A stretch of DNA of 64,000 nt from Oscillospiraceae bacterium (GTDB lineage: Bacteria; Bacillota; Clostridia; Oscillospirales; Acutalibacteraceae), in contig SVPY01000002.1 of assembly GCA_015065615.1 (NCBI GenBank), forward strand, positions 62,973-126,972, given 5' to 3'. Of this stretch, positions 63,676 through 64,000 are shown piece by piece. A program made the position numbers and the translations under genes. Position 1 is the stretch's first letter. Each line of letters opens with the position of its first letter. The notes below the pieces were generated by a model that was not told where the DNA came from, ran no database searches, and was given only the letters and a program-made list of their open reading frames with translations.

Positions 63676-64000
63676 ATGAAAATCAACGAAGTGGAAGCCA
63701 TAGTAGGTATAAGCAAAAAGAACATACGATTTTACGAGGAAGAAATGCTTCTTTCTCCAAAGCGAAACAGCGACAACGGTTACCGTGATTATGGTGAAAA
63801 TGAAATATCCATATTAAAAAATATTAAGTTTTTAAGAAAGCTCGGTATACCTATTGAAGAAATCAGAACTATGCTGTCCGGAACAAGCACCGTATCTGAC
63901 GGAATGCGCCGCCACTTAATAAGCCTCGAACGCGACAGACGTAATATAAATCAGCGTATTAACCTTTGCTCTGAACTTCAAAACAATGATATTCTCCTCA
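63676..64000 (+). CDS. MerR-family transcriptional regulator (3' end outside window)
   Basis: Own translation: MKINEVEAIVGISKKNIRFYEEEMLLSPKRNSDNGYRDYGENEISILKNIKFLRKLGIPIEEIRTML..., a classic MerR N-terminal HTH. GAGAGGTG RBS. Confidence 0.85.
   Translation, partial: MKINEVEAIVGISKKNIRFYEEEMLLSPKRNSDNGYRDYGENEISILKNIKFLRKLGIPIEEIRTMLSGTSTVSDGMRRHLISLERDRRNINQRINLCSELQNNDILL

Overview
This is 64 kb from a moderately AT-rich Firmicutes chromosome. It looks Clostridia-like by gene order, T-box use and codon usage, but that is inference only. Almost all genes are on the minus strand.
(1) 0.2-12 kb is a conserved housekeeping block: tyrS behind a T-box leader, recN, argR, nadK, tlyA, dxs, folD, lgt and an active/inactive M16 peptidase pair.
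(2) 12.2-22.5 kb is a tightly packed 11-gene minus-strand operon made entirely of uncharacterised proteins. It has a terminator at its downstream end, and a probable terminator for the preceding gene lies just upstream. It encodes a membrane-anchored YidD-domain fusion, an 893-aa HerA/FtsK-type P-loop ATPase and five tandem paralogous ~190-210 aa polytopic membrane proteins. It also encodes a 524-aa extremely acidic protein ending in an HExxH zincin module, a 98-aa partner, a YdjI-like SPFH protein with a SHOCT tail, and a 4-TM coiled-coil protein. I consider this the best candidate for an undescribed system in the window.
(3) 22.6-27.1 kb holds two orphan genes (one with strong expression-type codon bias), an ATP-grasp protein, tRNA-Leu(UAG) and a frameshift-decayed beta-helix pseudogene.
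(4) 27.2-39.7 kb holds an orphan SNF2 helicase, four transporters (MFS, 2x MATE, EamA), a membrane-anchored HExxH protein, and GH125 and GH51-like glycosidases. The GH51-like gene overlaps the stop of an upstream LMW phosphotyrosine phosphatase gene.
(5) 39.8-40.0 kb is a cluster of GTAG-headed hairpins (REP-like).
(6) 40.0-43.1 kb encodes an 875-aa secreted protein plus a lipoprotein.
(7) 43.3-61.6 kb is a 19-gene glycan-biosynthesis operon with 12 glycosyltransferases, a Wzm/Wzt ABC exporter, an EpsG-type polymerase and pyruvylation and acetylation genes. Its base composition is visibly mosaic.
(8) 61.7-64 kb holds a small vWA protein, a macro-domain protein and a MerR regulator with a textbook 19-bp-spacer promoter.
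I recognised no rRNA, CRISPR array, transposase or integrase. All functional calls rest on motifs read by eye from the supplied translations. No database search was run.
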